DNA from: Blastocladiella emersonii ATCC 22665
Lineage: Eukaryota; Fungi; Blastocladiomycota
Direction: 5' to 3'
DNA: 64,000 nt
NCBI GenBank assembly: GCA_025594325.1
Contig: JANHCV010000007.1
Coordinates: 434,001 to 498,000, forward strand
Made by a program: the position numbers and the translations under genes. The notes under the pieces are model-generated. The model did not search any database. It saw only the letters and a list, made by a program, of their open reading frames with translations, and had not been told where the DNA came from. This document shows positions 33,748 through 45,497 of the stretch, in pieces. Position 1 is the stretch's first letter; every line of letters begins with the position of its first letter.

Positions 33748-34539
33748 GGCGGCGTGGGCCGCTGCACTCGACTCGATCCACCTCGTACCCGACCCGGCCC
33801 AGCCCTCGACTCGACCACGACCTGCGCCTGCACCTGCGCCTCCACTCCGACCATCAACAACATGCCCCTGTACGGACCAGCGCCAGATCTCTGACGTGTT
33901 CTTGTACTGACCTTTCGCTACTCCACCCATCCCTCCCCTCGCACTACCGACTCGCTCCTCCACTCCTACCCTTGTCGCTTCCCCTCTCCTCTCGCCGGTG
34001 CCTACATTTCGCGCTCGCTCCGCCTGCTCACCGAATTGACCTGTCGGCTGCCCTTTGCGGTGCCATCTTCTTCGTACCCGAGGATTTACGTGCGCGTGCG
34101 TGTTTCCTGCAACGGGGGAAGAAGCGGTCATGGTGAGTATGACGGGCGGGTGCGGGTCTTGTGTATTCGGGGGCAGGCACGTCGCGTCCAAGTGCTGGCC
34201 TTGTACAGCGACGCGCGCGCACTCGTCCACTCTCGCGCGTGCGGTCGGTCGGTCGGTCGCCCAGCTCATGGACCCGCGCTCCTCCTCCTCGTCGACGACG
34301 TCGTCATCGCCACCATGCTCCTCCTCGGGTCGCTCCACGGTGTCGCGGCGGGCGGCACCAGCGGCCATGGTGGCGACTGACGGCGGCGGCGAGAGTGCGC
34401 GGTCCACGGCGACCAACACGAAGCTCCATGGTCGGCGCTGTCATGCGCGTGTGTGTCTCACTCGCGTTGCTTTGTTACTCGTAGTAGAATAGATGGCCGC
34501 GGTTCTTGCCCCACTCTCCCTTGCGTGTCTCGCCCGTTT

Positions 34540-34977
34540 CTAAGGTGGCTTGTTGCCTTGCTTCTCGCTCTCGCTGTCCTGCAAACTCTCGTCCGCTCCG
34601 CGACACAGGTCAAGTTCGAGGTCTGCGTAGGGAATGCGCTCTCGCGGGACGATCCATGCCCGCCGCCTACCGCGCACACGTGTCGCGCGACGCGTTCTCG
34701 TCTTCGGGATCGAGCGTGGCGCCGTCCGCACGCATGCGCTCGACGGTCAGCAGTGCGTCGTCCTGCAGACTCCTTGAACTGGTCCGTGATGCCCTCGGGC
34801 GTCGTGTCCATGGCCAGCGCGCTCAGAGTCACGGCCGCCGTGAGTTTGGTCTCGTCGTGCTTGGACGCCGAAGTTGACCGCGAGCATGTCGATGGCCATG
34901 ACCACGGACCGCTCCTTTCGCGCGACTTGTAACGCGGTCTCGTCGTCCGGATCGAGCGCCGCGCCTTCCGCACACAT
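34540..34977 (-). pseudogene. Degenerate coding remnant, unidentified
   Basis: Protein-like segments in alternating frames (LDPDDETALQVARKERSVVMAIDMLAVNFG / KHDETKLTAAVTLSALAMD / ERIPYADLELDL). Confidence 0.25.
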
Positions 34978-35172
34978 ACGCGCGTGATGGTGATGGCTAG
35001 AAGCGCGTTGTCGTGCCGATTCGCCTCACGGACGCGTCTCAGTTGTCACTGAGAGCGAAGCTCAGCTCAGGATCGGCGGTTGCGAGGTAAAAGAGAACAA
35101 AATGTATACTCCGAGTCAACTCCGTGCCGCACCCCCGCAGCGAAGCACACCCCACCACCCGCCGCGCCGCCC

Positions 35173-36784
35173 TTACCAGACGTAGGGCACGAGCTTGTAC
35201 GGCACAATACGGCAGTACTCTTCCCAGTGCTTACCGTACTTGCCGCGGCACCGCGCGTCGTCGCGGTAGATGCGTCCGACGAGGAGGATCGTCATGAAGA
35301 TGATGTAAAAGTAGGGCGTGAGGTGCTCGAAGCCGCAGGCCAGGCACATGGCCGACGAGAGGAGCAGGTCGCCGAGGTAGTTGCAGTGGCGCGAGAGGCC
35401 CCAGAAGCCGGAGGTCAGCAGGATCGACTCGTGCTCGACGCCGTCCGACGTCGTGTACTTGGGGCGCAGCATGGTCGGCGGCTTGCCCCAGATGGTGCAC
35501 TGGCCGTTGGTGCGGCGCACCAGGTCCTTTTGGTGGTTGACGGCGCGGAAGATGGCGTAGCCGCCGAGCCCGAGCGCCGTGACGGCGGCCGCGTACCACG
35601 TCGGCAGTGACACGGGGTTCACGGCGAGGTAGTGGCCCTGCAGCGTGTAGGTGAAGGGGAGCCAGACCGAGTCGCCCCAGGCGAGGTAGAAGCCCTGTTG
35701 TGGGCAACGAGCGAAGTGTGAGCGCCCGTCCTGCGAGTCACGGTTGCGAAAAAAAAAGAACGTACGAAGTGGTCGTGGCAGACGTCAATGGTGCGGAGGT
35801 ACCAGTCCTCGTTGATGAAAAAGTCGACGACGTAGATGGCGTGGAGCAGGTTGACGATGACCATGGAGTTGGTGACGTGGCCGAAGTCGAGGTACTGGCG
35901 GACGGCGAAGCTGTAGCTGATGAGGGTCCAGGCGACGATGCCGGGGCGGCCGTTGTGGAACAGCTTGAAGTCGAACCACTTGCCGATGCGCGGGTTGAAC
36001 TCAATGCCCATGTAGAAGTCGTAGATGGCCGAGCCTGAGAACTTGCGGTCCTCGGCGTGGGTCGGGAACGCGTACGCCTTGACGTACGAGAAGACCGAGA
36101 GCGCGTAGCCGTAGATGTTGGCGGCAATGTAGATGCCGGGGAAGTAGTCGGCGATGACGGCGCCGCTGAACAGCGGGACCACGGTCGAGCACCCAATGTA
36201 CAGCGCGTGCGTCACGATCCACGCGAGCATCCCGTTCACCTTGTACTCGAGAATGTGGCCCGCGGGCGTCGGCTGGCCGTACCCGATCGGCGAGGGCAGG
36301 TAGAGGTACAGCGCGGCCTGGAACGTGAGCCAGCCGGCCGTCAGCTTGACGGCGTCCCACGAGAAGGCGGGCAGCACGGCCCACGCGCGGTCGGCGGCCG
36401 ACAGCGCGAGGAAGCCCGGGATCGAGGCGGGTACGGCCCAGGCGGGCGGGTCGGCGAGCAGCACGCCGAGCGCGGGCGCCGACAGCGCGCCGCCGAACTT
36501 GTCGATGGCGATCTGGAAGTAAGCGACGAGCAGCGGGCACACGGCCACGATCAGCGCGGCGATGGTCACGTCGACGGCGCTCACGTCTACAAGCGGGACG
36601 AGGGTCAGCACGCGTTGCAGGGGTACGACCAAGCGGACAGCGTACCGCGCTGGCGGCCCCACGTCTTGCCGACCTGGGCGTTGAGCTGGTCGCGGACAGC
36701 GGCCTTGGCGGCCTCCTTGGCGGTGGTGGTGGGCGCGGCGGCGTCGCCCGTGCCGCTCTTCTTGGCCTGGACGGGAACGGCCAT
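35173..36784 (-). CDS. DHCR7: 7-dehydrocholesterol (sterol delta-7) reductase; introns 36587-36645 and 35695-35765
   Basis: [32 protein letters not shown]|[13 protein letters not shown] and [14 protein letters not shown] are DHCR7-diagnostic motifs. Confidence 0.92.
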
Positions 36785-36852
36785 GGTGCAGTGTGTGCTA
36801 CGTCGTCTTCTTGTTGTTGATACAGTGCAGTAAGAGGTCGTATACGCAAGCC

Positions 36853-36858
36853 TTTATA
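36853..36858 (-). promoter_or_regulatory. Candidate TATA box of DHCR7
   Basis: GTATAAAGGC on the minus strand ~70 bp upstream of the ATG in a GC-rich background. Confidence 0.5.
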
Positions 36859-37364
36859 CGAGGCGGGAGCGGAAGAGCGAGCGAGGGGAGAGCGAGCGTC
36901 GCGCGGGCGGCCCAGCACAGGCACCCTCGCTCGCTCGCGCACTCGGCGCAACGTTGCGACGGCCGCGCCGATCGTTTGGCGTGACCGTCGGCCGGAAGGG
37001 GCGAAGGGGGTCGCCGTATTCGCCGTGTTCCCACGCGTCGCTCACGCGTAGACGCGCCTATTTTTTTCCGCCGCCGGCCGCGCGGCTTGCGCCTGATCGA
37101 CGCGCTGTCTCTGTCTCTGTCTCCCAAATTCGGCCTGTCTCCGGCTGTCTCGCGTCGCTACGACGCGTCGCACTCGACATGCATGGCCGACGCGGTCGCT
37201 GCATACATGCACGTGAAGCTGGCGAACCACAGAGCGAGCGGGCGAGAGCGGCTGCGTTTCGGATGGCAGATGGTGCGGGAGAACCGGGCGTCACGCGGTT
37301 CGGCCAAACGCAACCCCAGGTGCTCGACTTGCCACCGCCGTGTTGACGCGACAAGGTGCACGAG

Positions 37365-37370
37365 TATAAA
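37365..37370 (+). promoter_or_regulatory. Candidate TATA box of prolyl oligopeptidase
   Basis: GTATAAAGGC ~80 bp upstream of the ATG. Confidence 0.5.
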
Positions 37371-37449
37371 GGCGGGGCGGGCCCGCCGCGCGCGGCTCTC
37401 GCTCCCCCGCAAGAGCTTGCACTCTACCACGTAGCACTTATCATAGACC

Positions 37450-39709
37450 ATGGTCAACGAGACGCCCGCGAGCCCGCGCTACCCGTGGGGCAAGTACCCG
37501 GCGGTGCGCCGCGACGAGTCGTGCGTCGAGACGCTGCACGGCGTGCCGGTCGCCGACCCGTACCGGTGGCTCGAGGACCCGGACTCGGACGAGACCAAGC
37601 AGTTTGTCGAGGACCAGGCCACGCTGACCGAGGCGTACCTCGCCCAGTACCCCGACAAGGCCAAGTTCGAGGCCAAGCTGACCGACATGTTCAACTACGA
37701 GCGCTTCTCGGTCCCGTCCAAGCACGGCGACGCCTACTACTACTGGTACAACTCGGGCCTACTCAACCAGTCGGTCCTCTACCGCCAGGCCACGCTCGAC
37801 GCCGAGCCCGAGATCTTCTTCGACCCCAACAAGCTGTCCGACGACGGCACCGTCGCGCTGTCGACCTACTCGTTCTCCGAGAAGGCCACCTACTTTGGCT
37901 ACGCCATCTCCAAGTCGGGCTCCGACTGGGTCTCGATCCACGTCAAGCGCGTCGCCGACGGCGAGGACCTCGACGACGTCGTGCACTTTGCCAAGTTCAC
38001 CTCCATCGAGTGGACCAAGGACGAGGCCGGCTTCTTCTACACCCGCTACCCGAAGGTCGACGCCGCCGACCTCGGCACCGAGACCGACGCCAACTATTTC
38101 GCCCAGACCATGTACCACGCGCTCGGCACCGCCCAGGTCGACGACGTGCTCGTCTACCACGACCCTGAGCACCCGACGTACGCCGGCGGCGTCACCGAGT
38201 CCGACTGCGGCCACTACCTGATCCTCGCCGTGTCGGCGTCGACCGCTGCCAAGAACCTCCTGTGGATCGCCCCGCACCCGGCGGCCGGCGAGGGCTACGG
38301 CGCGCTGGCGTGGGCCAGGGTCGTCGACGACATCGACGTCGGCTCGTTCCAGTACATCACCAACGAGGGCTCCGTCTTCTACTTTTTGTCGAACGCGGGC
38401 GCGCCCAAGCAGCGCGTCGTGACCTACGACCTGGCCAACCCGTCGGCCGGGTTCGTGGACCTGGTCGCCGAGGACGCCGAGTGCCCGCTGACGTCGGCGG
38501 CGGTGGTCGACGGCGACAAGCTGGTGCTCGTGTACATGCGCGACGTCAAGGACACGGTGTGCCTGCACTCGCTGGCGACGGGCGAGCGGCTCGACACGAT
38601 CGCGCTGCCGCCCGCCTCGATCAGCGGGCTGTCGGCCAAGAAGAAGCAGTCCGACTTCTTCTTCTCGTACACGTCGTTCCTGTCGCCCGGCACCATCGTG
38701 CGGTACGACGTGCCGACGCGCACCGCGTCCGAGTTCAAGCGCGTGTCGGTCGCCGGGTTCAACCCGGACGAGTTTGTGGCCGAGCAGGAGTTCTACACGG
38801 GCAAGTACGGCACCAAGATCCCCATGTTCATCGTGCACTGCAAGGGGCTTAAGCTCGACGGGTCCAACCCGACGTTCCTGTACGGGTACATGGGCTTCAA
38901 CATCTCGATCGGCCCGGCCTTTTCGCCCGCGTGGATCACGTTCATGGCGCACTACAACGGCGTCGTCGTCGTGGCCAACGGCCGCGGCGGGGGCGAGTAT
39001 GGTGAAGAGTGGCACGAGGCCGGAACGAAAGCGCAAAAGCAGAACGTTTTTGACGACTTCCAGTGGGCTGCTCGTCATCTCGTGGCCCGCCGCTACACGT
39101 CGCACAAGAAGATCGCCATCAACGGCGGGTCGAACGGCGGCCTGCTCGTCGGCGCGTGCGTGAACCAGGCGCCCGAGCTGTTCGGCGCGGCCGTCGCCGA
39201 GGTCGGCGTCATGGACATGCTGCGCTTCCACAAGTTCACCATCGGTATGTCTTTTCTTTGCTTGTGTGGTTGTGCATGCACCAAAGTGGTGGTGGTGGTG
39301 GTGCACGGCGGACTCGGTCGGGTCGCGACTCGCGGACACGCGTCACTCACCCCCGTTCTCCTCCCAAACTCTAGGCCACGCGTGGATCGCCGACTACGGC
39401 AACCCGGACATTGCCGAGGAGTTTGCGTACATCCGCAAGTACTCGCCGGTGCACAACACGACGACGCAGGACTACCCGGCGACGCTGATCATGACGTCGG
39501 ACCACGACGACCGCGTCGTGCCCCTGCACTCGTACAAGTTTGCCGCCGCGCTGCAGCACGCCAACCCGAACAGCAAGAACCCGCTGCTGATCCTCATCGA
39601 GCGCAAGGCGGGCCACGGCGCGGGCAAGCCGACCAAGAAGCGCATCGAGTCGGCCGCGCTCAAGTTCGCGTTCATTACCATGAACATTGGCGCCCAGTGG
39701 CACGAGTAG
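37450..39709 (+). CDS. PREP: Prolyl oligopeptidase (S9A); intron 39245-39374
   Basis: VADPYRWLED, GGSNGGLL (catalytic Ser), SDHDDRVVPLHS (Asp), KAGHGAGKP (His). Confidence 0.95.
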
Positions 39710-39853
39710 GTGGTGGCCGTGGTGGCTGTTAACGTAGATCTGGATACACATCGCTCGTCGATTGCTCAAAATCCTTGTTCCAGATCAAAGCGATGCTGAG
39801 AGAGGGGGTCCTGAGCGAGAGTGCATCACCAAACCGCGGCTGCCGAGGGCCCA

Positions 39854-40069
39854 TGGATCCAGGGTGGATCCACCTTGAGCCTTCCAGCGCTGGATCCAGC
39901 ATTAATCTAGCGTTGGATCCAGATTTCGCTGACTGGATCCACCATCATGAAAGGCGGATCCAGCCTTGACTGAGATGAGCTGGAATGAGCTTCGCGGCGA
40001 CCTGGATCGAGACGTTGATCCATTTCCTTGAAAGTGGACCCACACCTTGATCCACGCGCCCTGGATCAA
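39854..40069. repeat. Cluster of palindromic TGGATCCA motifs (5 exact, ~6 variants), probable transposon subterminal repeats
   Basis: Exact copies at 39854, 39865, 39891, 39914, 39934; variants at 39955, 40003, 40015, 40035, 40047, 40062. Confidence 0.7.
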
Positions 40070-40349
40070 CTTGTTGTAAATGTAGTTCTAGGCGTCCATC
40101 TACGTCTGTATCCAACTCTTGCTCAGGCAGAACCAGGAGCTGATCGACGGTGAACATGGCGGTGAAGAAACTCGTGCGAAAATGTATTGAAATGGTCGCA
40201 ACGACCCAGCAAACCATGCGAGGAAGCCGAACGCAACTAGACGTGTTCGTGCTGCTGCAGGATGAGCTCGAGCCCGTCGTCAAACGTTGTGTTTGCGCCG
40301 CCAGGATCACGGCGGTCCACAAGTCGAGCGAGTTGGCGATCTGCGGCAT

Positions 40350-40676
40350 CATGAGCAGCGTGAGGCTCGCAGCGTCGTCGTACACGTTGATGAGGTACTC
40401 GGTGTACCCGTCCTGGTGCGCCGACGATGGCCGGTTCCCGTTCGGCGCGACGTGAAGGAAGGCCGAGATGGCCGACAACGGCACGATGTGGAACTCGCAC
40501 GTGGCGGGCTGCGTGGGACGGAGAGGAAACGTCTGCACGACGTAGAGGCCCGGCGGAACGACGTGCGGCACCGACTGGTACAGGTGGAAATGCTCAACGA
40601 CCGTGCTTTCGAGCTGCATGCCGTCCAACTTCAGGTCAGAGGGCCAGGTGCGCGGATACCGCTTGGCGACGCGCAT
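40350..40676 (-). mobile_element. Possible C-terminal remnant of a CACTA/Plavaka-like transposase
   Basis: LYVVQTF..FHIVPLSAISAFLHVAP..YLINVYDD resembles, from recall, the IIP..SI....HLIP..F.VN.Y.D C-terminal motif of CMC/Plavaka ORFs. It abuts the TGGATCCA cluster. Confidence 0.4.
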
Positions 40677-41399
40677 CCGAGGCCATCAGCAAGCTCGAAG
40701 TCTTAACTGAGACTCATAAAGCTTCAAGATGCGAGAGCTCTCACGACCGCTGTTACGACTCTTCACGCGAGGGGAGCGCTGCGGCGCGGCTTGCTCGCCG
40801 ACCAGGTCCGTCTCGGTCCACTTCCAAAGCTCACGGCACGGCCACACGCTTGCAGCGAGTGATTCATGGATCATTCATAGAGTGCGACGTCGCGGTACCG
40901 TCGCCGGGAGGAGAGAGCGCGGCGCTGCAGCGAAGCGCGAGCCGCAAAACGCGTCGAAGCCAGCGCCACGTGAGCGCGTCGATCGTTTCAGCCGCGTTCG
41001 CTTTTCGCGGACTTCGCGCCGCGGCGGCTCGCACTCTCTCGCCCCACCACCAACAACCATGCTATCGACCCACCCAACACCCGCGACCTCGCTCAACCGC
41101 CTGCACCGTCACCCCTCGGCCTCCATGTATCTCACGTCGACGCGCATCCGCCCAGCGCCGCCACGCGTCCGCGGCACGGTGACCCCACGGTACGCGTCTC
41201 TCCCCTTCTCCGAGGTCTCTCCCTCCTCGCGACGTGCATCCACAGCCATGCCTCGAGACCGGCGATACGCCCTGCACGCTTCGGCGGGTCTTGAACCTGC
41301 TGCGCTTGATGCTCGCGCCGCGTTCCCACGCCCTCCGCGCCGGCTGTCCGTTCGCTCGCTCGCTGACGCGTCACACGGTCACCTTGCTCTCTTTCGTAG

Positions 41400-41895
41400 C
41401 CTTCGAGATGTACATCAAGCTGCAGCGGCGCTCGTGGGGGCCGTCGTGACGCACCCGCGTCGATCTTGACCATGGTCGCGACAAGGTGCGCCGTGTGCGG
41501 CTCGGTCTCCTGCTCCCACGGGCCGAGACTCACATGTTCGCGAAATCCATCGGTAGGACGCCAAGTACGCCAAGTACGCCAAGCGGCACGACAAGCGCCG
41601 CGCCTTCGCCCGCCAGGCCAACTCGTGCGCGACGCGCTCAAGGCTACACGGTACGGGCCTTCTCCTTCGCGTTCTCGGCGTGATTCGCACTGATCGTGGG
41701 CACGGACAGGCTCCGAGCTCCCGAGCGACATCGCTCGTGTCGTCGGCCCAGATCCTGGCGACGCGGCCCGTCCGTTCGCCCCATGTGTATACTTCGCCCG
41801 ATCCCTTGCTCACTTGTCTCCGCCACGTCACCCATAGCCTCGGTCAACTACGACAAGCCTCAACGGTGCTCCAGAACACGCGGCGACTCAGGATA
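41400..41895 (+). pseudogene. Intron-containing degenerate gene remnant, unidentified
   Basis: Several intron-like segments (GCTGAC..TTTCGTAG, GTGCGC..GTAG, GTACGG..ACAG) separate short exons with stops and frameshifts; ACGCCAAGT x~3 at 41558-41583. Confidence 0.3.
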
Positions 41896-42244
41896 ACGGC
41901 CTCTTAATCGTCCGCGGCGGTGGCATTCACTGGCGAGCCCGATATCGCTGCGCGGTGGGGCTCCCAGCGCTTGCGCGAGACCGTTGACGATTATGTGCAA
42001 GTTGGAATTAAGCAGGGTGAGTTTGTCGTACACGTCACTCGAGGACATGTGTTTGATATATCCACATATTTTCCGAATGACTCCACTATTAGATAGTCAG
42101 TCTTGAGAAAGATACACTGTCCAGACACAGGAGTGGCGGCGCGCTATGTTGGGCGGGCAATTCCGTGCGCACGACGACAGTCCTCGTGTGATTGGCATGA
42201 AACGAATATCGGCTTTCATCCGGGATGTGAGCGCCGGGAACTGC

Positions 42245-42296
42245 GCAAATTTCACTTGATGTGGCACGGGTGGGCTGAAGACGCGTTGCGCCACAC
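42245..42296 (-). repeat. Inverted, partial copy (E) of the ~60-bp repeat
   Basis: GACGCGTTGCGCCACAC at 42280-42296 is the exact reverse complement of 43404-43420; weaker similarity extends ~35 bp further. Confidence 0.65.
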
Positions 42297-43015
42297 CTGC
42301 GCCACAACGTGACCGCGGCGAAGGCTTGGCCTCAGTCGCCTTCGCGAGCTCAAGTAGCCCGCGGCTTCCACTCAGGCACGCGCTCAGTCGCCCCATCTAA
42401 AGCATGCTGCTTTCGCCCACCAGCAGTCGCAGACCCAACCGAAGCAGGAAGGTTCAGTTGTTGACACGCGGCACCGACACTCGTGAGCTGACGTTTTTCA
42501 TTGACCACGTCCTCATCTCTTACGCTCATGGACCGAGCGACGCCTGCGAGATCAATACAGGAAATAAACTCGACACACCGTCGTCAAAGTTCCTTTCGAC
42601 CATCACGCATGCGATCAGCAAATAAAGAGTTGAGTCACGAGTGGGTGGTCGCGACGGCCATTCTCGCTCAGGTCTCCCTCTTTCAGAAACGCATGCAGCT
42701 GCTCCTTTCCAAACAGCAGTGGCAGCAGCAGTCGCAGTCAGTGCCCGCCCTGAAGAAGGAAAAGGCTACTGCTCTCGCTGAGCTTCAAGCCCAGCGCTGA
42801 GTCGCTGCAGCTCACGCAGCCCGCGGCTCTCACTCAAGCACACGCTCAGTTGCCTCATCTTAAGTATGCTGCGTCCGCCCAGAAGCAGCCGCAGCCCCTG
42901 CAGAAGCAGCAGAGGACCAGCGCCGTCCGCTTTCGTCGACGCGCAGGAACAAGCGTTCGTGAGCTAGGTGCACGCTCGCCTGAGGCACGAAACCGCTCGC
43001 ACGGCGTTCCTAACT

Positions 43016-43330
43016 ACAAACTCGTCCGGGTTGAACCCGGCGACCGACACGCGCTTGAACTCGGATGCGGTGCGCGTCGGCACGTCGTACCGCACGATGG
43101 TGCCGGGCGACAGGAACGACGTGTACGAGAAGAAGAAGTCGGACTGCTTCTTCTTGGCCGACAGCCCGCTGATCGAGGCGGGCGGCAGCGCGATCGTGTC
43201 GAGCCGCTCGCCCGTCGCCAGCGAGTGCAGGCACACCGTGTCCTTGACGTCGCGCATGTACACGAGCACCAGCTTGTCGCCGTCGACCACCGCCGCCGAC
43301 GTCAGCGGGCACTCGGCGTCCTCGGCGTCC
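43016..43330 (-). pseudogene. Inverted, near-identical duplicate of an internal prolyl oligopeptidase fragment (source ~38466-38777)
   Basis: Reverse complement matches CGCCGAGGACGCCGAGTGCCC..AACCCGGACGAGTTTGT with about one substitution seen (GCATCC vs GCGTCC). Confidence 0.92.
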
Positions 43331-43404
43331 TATGCGTCGGATTCAAGTCGTTGATGTCGTATCACGCCCGGGGCCCAAGTCAAGCACGTTTGCGCTTTCG
43401 GTTG

Positions 43405-43464
43405 TGTGGCGCAACGCGTCCATGCCGCGGCGCCAACTCTATCGATTTGATCGTGAGAGTGATC
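43405..43464 (+). repeat. ~60-bp structured repeat, copy A
   Basis: TGTGGCGCAACGCGTCCATGCCGCGGCGCCAACTCTATCGATTTGATCGTGAGAGTGATC; 49/60 ungapped identity to copy B. Confidence 0.85.
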
Positions 43465-43639
43465 CTAACACGGCTCCGCTTGTCCTCTCTTGAGCAGGCG
43501 ACTATTTCTTCGCACACGGACACTCTCAGTTTCAGCGAACCTGTAGTTGGAGCACAAAAATGACATCTTTATGATCACGGACACAAAACTGAGCACGGCC
43601 GATGCGCACGCGCTGCACGAAATGCTGCTACGCTCGCTC

Positions 43640-44885
43640 TCACGGCTTGGCCGCAGGCTCAGCATCGGGCGCGCGGTGCTTCCGGACGCAATGAACGCAC
43701 GTAGCCAGAACGAGGAGGACGATAGCAGCGAGTGCGACCCACGCTACAGGAGAAACAGCCGTCGACGAGGCCGAACCCTCGGGCACGGGGCACTCGGGGA
43801 GCGGACGGTTGAGGAAGTCGAGCGCGCAGGGGGAAGTGTGGGGATCGTCGCCCTTGCTGAGGCACTCGAACTTGTTGGACTCGCGGTCCGCGAGACTCAG
43901 CGTGCAGATACTGTTGACGCGAGGAAGAAGAGGGAGCGGGCCCGACAGGTTGTTGCGCGACACGTCCCTGTGGAAGGAATGGTGAGATAATGCTAGAGAA
44001 GCTGGGCCGAGTTCTTCCCGGCAGGCGGAACGTACATGTGGGTCAGCTTCTTCAAGTTGGTCAGCGTCGACGGCAGGGTTCCAGTGAATTGGTTCTTGTA
44101 CAGGTTTCTACGCGCGAGCGGATCCGCGTTAGCCGAGCTGAGCCGAACGCTCTTGTTGGAAGGCGACGTACAGCTCCTTGAGCTCGGTCATGTTGCCCAG
44201 CTCAGCCGGGAGGTTGCCGGAGAGCTGGTTGAAATCCAGGTTTCTAGCGCGAAACAGCGAGAATGAGTTAGATCAGCGCCTCGAGCGACGAACGTATCGC
44301 TGCTGAACGTCGCACGTACAGGTATCGGAGTTTCGTGAGCGTGGTCAGCTCGACAGGGATTTCGCCGGTCAGCGTGTTGTTTGAGAGGTTCCTGTGCGCC
44401 ACGGTGGTCAGACAGTCGACGGTCGAGCAGGATCTCGTGGAGAATGACGTACAGGGTCTCGAGCTGCGTCAGCTCCTTGAACCCGCGCGTGATGCTGCCG
44501 TTGAGCTTGGTGTTCACGATCGATCTGGAAGTCTACGGGCGTCAGATCGCGCTGCAGCCGACGGGCGTGGCACGTTAAAGTTGACCGTACAGCGAGAAGA
44601 GGCCAGTCAGCTCCCCGAACCGCCACGGGAACGGACCCGTCATGGGACCATCCCTGTTGCCGTTGTACGAGCTACATGCGCGGGCGAGAGTCACCGTCAG
44701 AGCACGGGTTGGGCGCGCGAGAAGCTCAACACGCTGTGCTCGTACAAGGTGTGGATCCGGTCGTCCTTGCACCACACGTTGCCCCACTTGCAGCAGTTGG
44801 GCTCGGTCGGCTTGGTCTCGAAGGGGAGATCCATGAGGATCTTGCACTCCTTGAGCTCCTCGGTGGTGAACGCAGAGAATTCCAT
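43640..44885 (-). CDS. Plant-type LRR receptor-like membrane protein (278 aa, 7 exons: 44746-44885, 44591-44671, 44453-44524, 44320-44391, 44172-44243, 44036-44107, 43640-43967)
   Basis: Spliced LRRs NLSNNTLTGEIPVELTTLTKLRYL, NLDFNQLSGNLPAELGNMTELKEL, NLYKNQFTGTLPSTLTNLKKLTHM; Cys-pair caps; TM segment VAWVALAAIVLLVLATCV; spliced length 837 bp. Confidence 0.85.
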
Positions 44886-45497
44886 GGTGCTTGGATGCTT
44901 GCAAGTGACGAGTGCTGTGAGAGTGAGGACTGGGTCGGGAGGAGTTCAGGCTTTTTGAGACTGCGGGAGCCCGCACGCGGACGCGGACGCGGACGCGAAG
45001 CGGCGAGCGAAAAACTCTGCGGCAAACTGCGTGGGTGCGGACCGCGTGGGCAACTGCGTGGGTCAACTGTTGCGTGCGCCAGTCATGCGAAAATGACCTC
45101 GCATGATGCAGGTTCCCACAGCTCCCTCCAATGACTTAAACCGCGCTACAACCGCGATCGACCGAAAGCACCGCGTCCGTGTTCGGATCAATCGAACGAA
45201 GCAGCTGCATGGAGCGGATTGCGGAAGTGGACCGCGTGGATCAACTCCTTGTCACACTGTGGGATTGTTTCTGTCTGTGCATGAGAACCGTGATGGTCAG
45301 ACTGATCCCGCGTGATCTGATATCTCGCTAGCTCTTCGAGAGTCCTCGGTGCTCGCGACCTGCATGGCTCATGCGAAATTGTCTCCCCAAGTGGCTTAGA
45401 GTGCTTTTTTTTCGGCTTGCTGGCTGTGCTGTCTCGATACGCTCACGTCGCGCAACACCGGCGCAGCCGAAATCAAACGCGTTCACTCGTTGAGAAC

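Noticed and set aside
32041-34419. 792-aa minus-strand ORF
   Set aside because: Mirror of the plus-strand orphan gene, whose introns and codon bias define the coding strand.
39245-39732. Alternative oligopeptidase C-terminus from the unspliced 760-aa ORF
   Set aside because: Retaining the intron loses the catalytic Asp and His; the spliced form restores them.
40940-40990. Possible sixth degenerate copy of the 60-bp repeat (AACGCGTC..GCGCCA..TCGAT)
   Set aside because: Only short words match, which is expected by chance at this GC content; needs a profile search.
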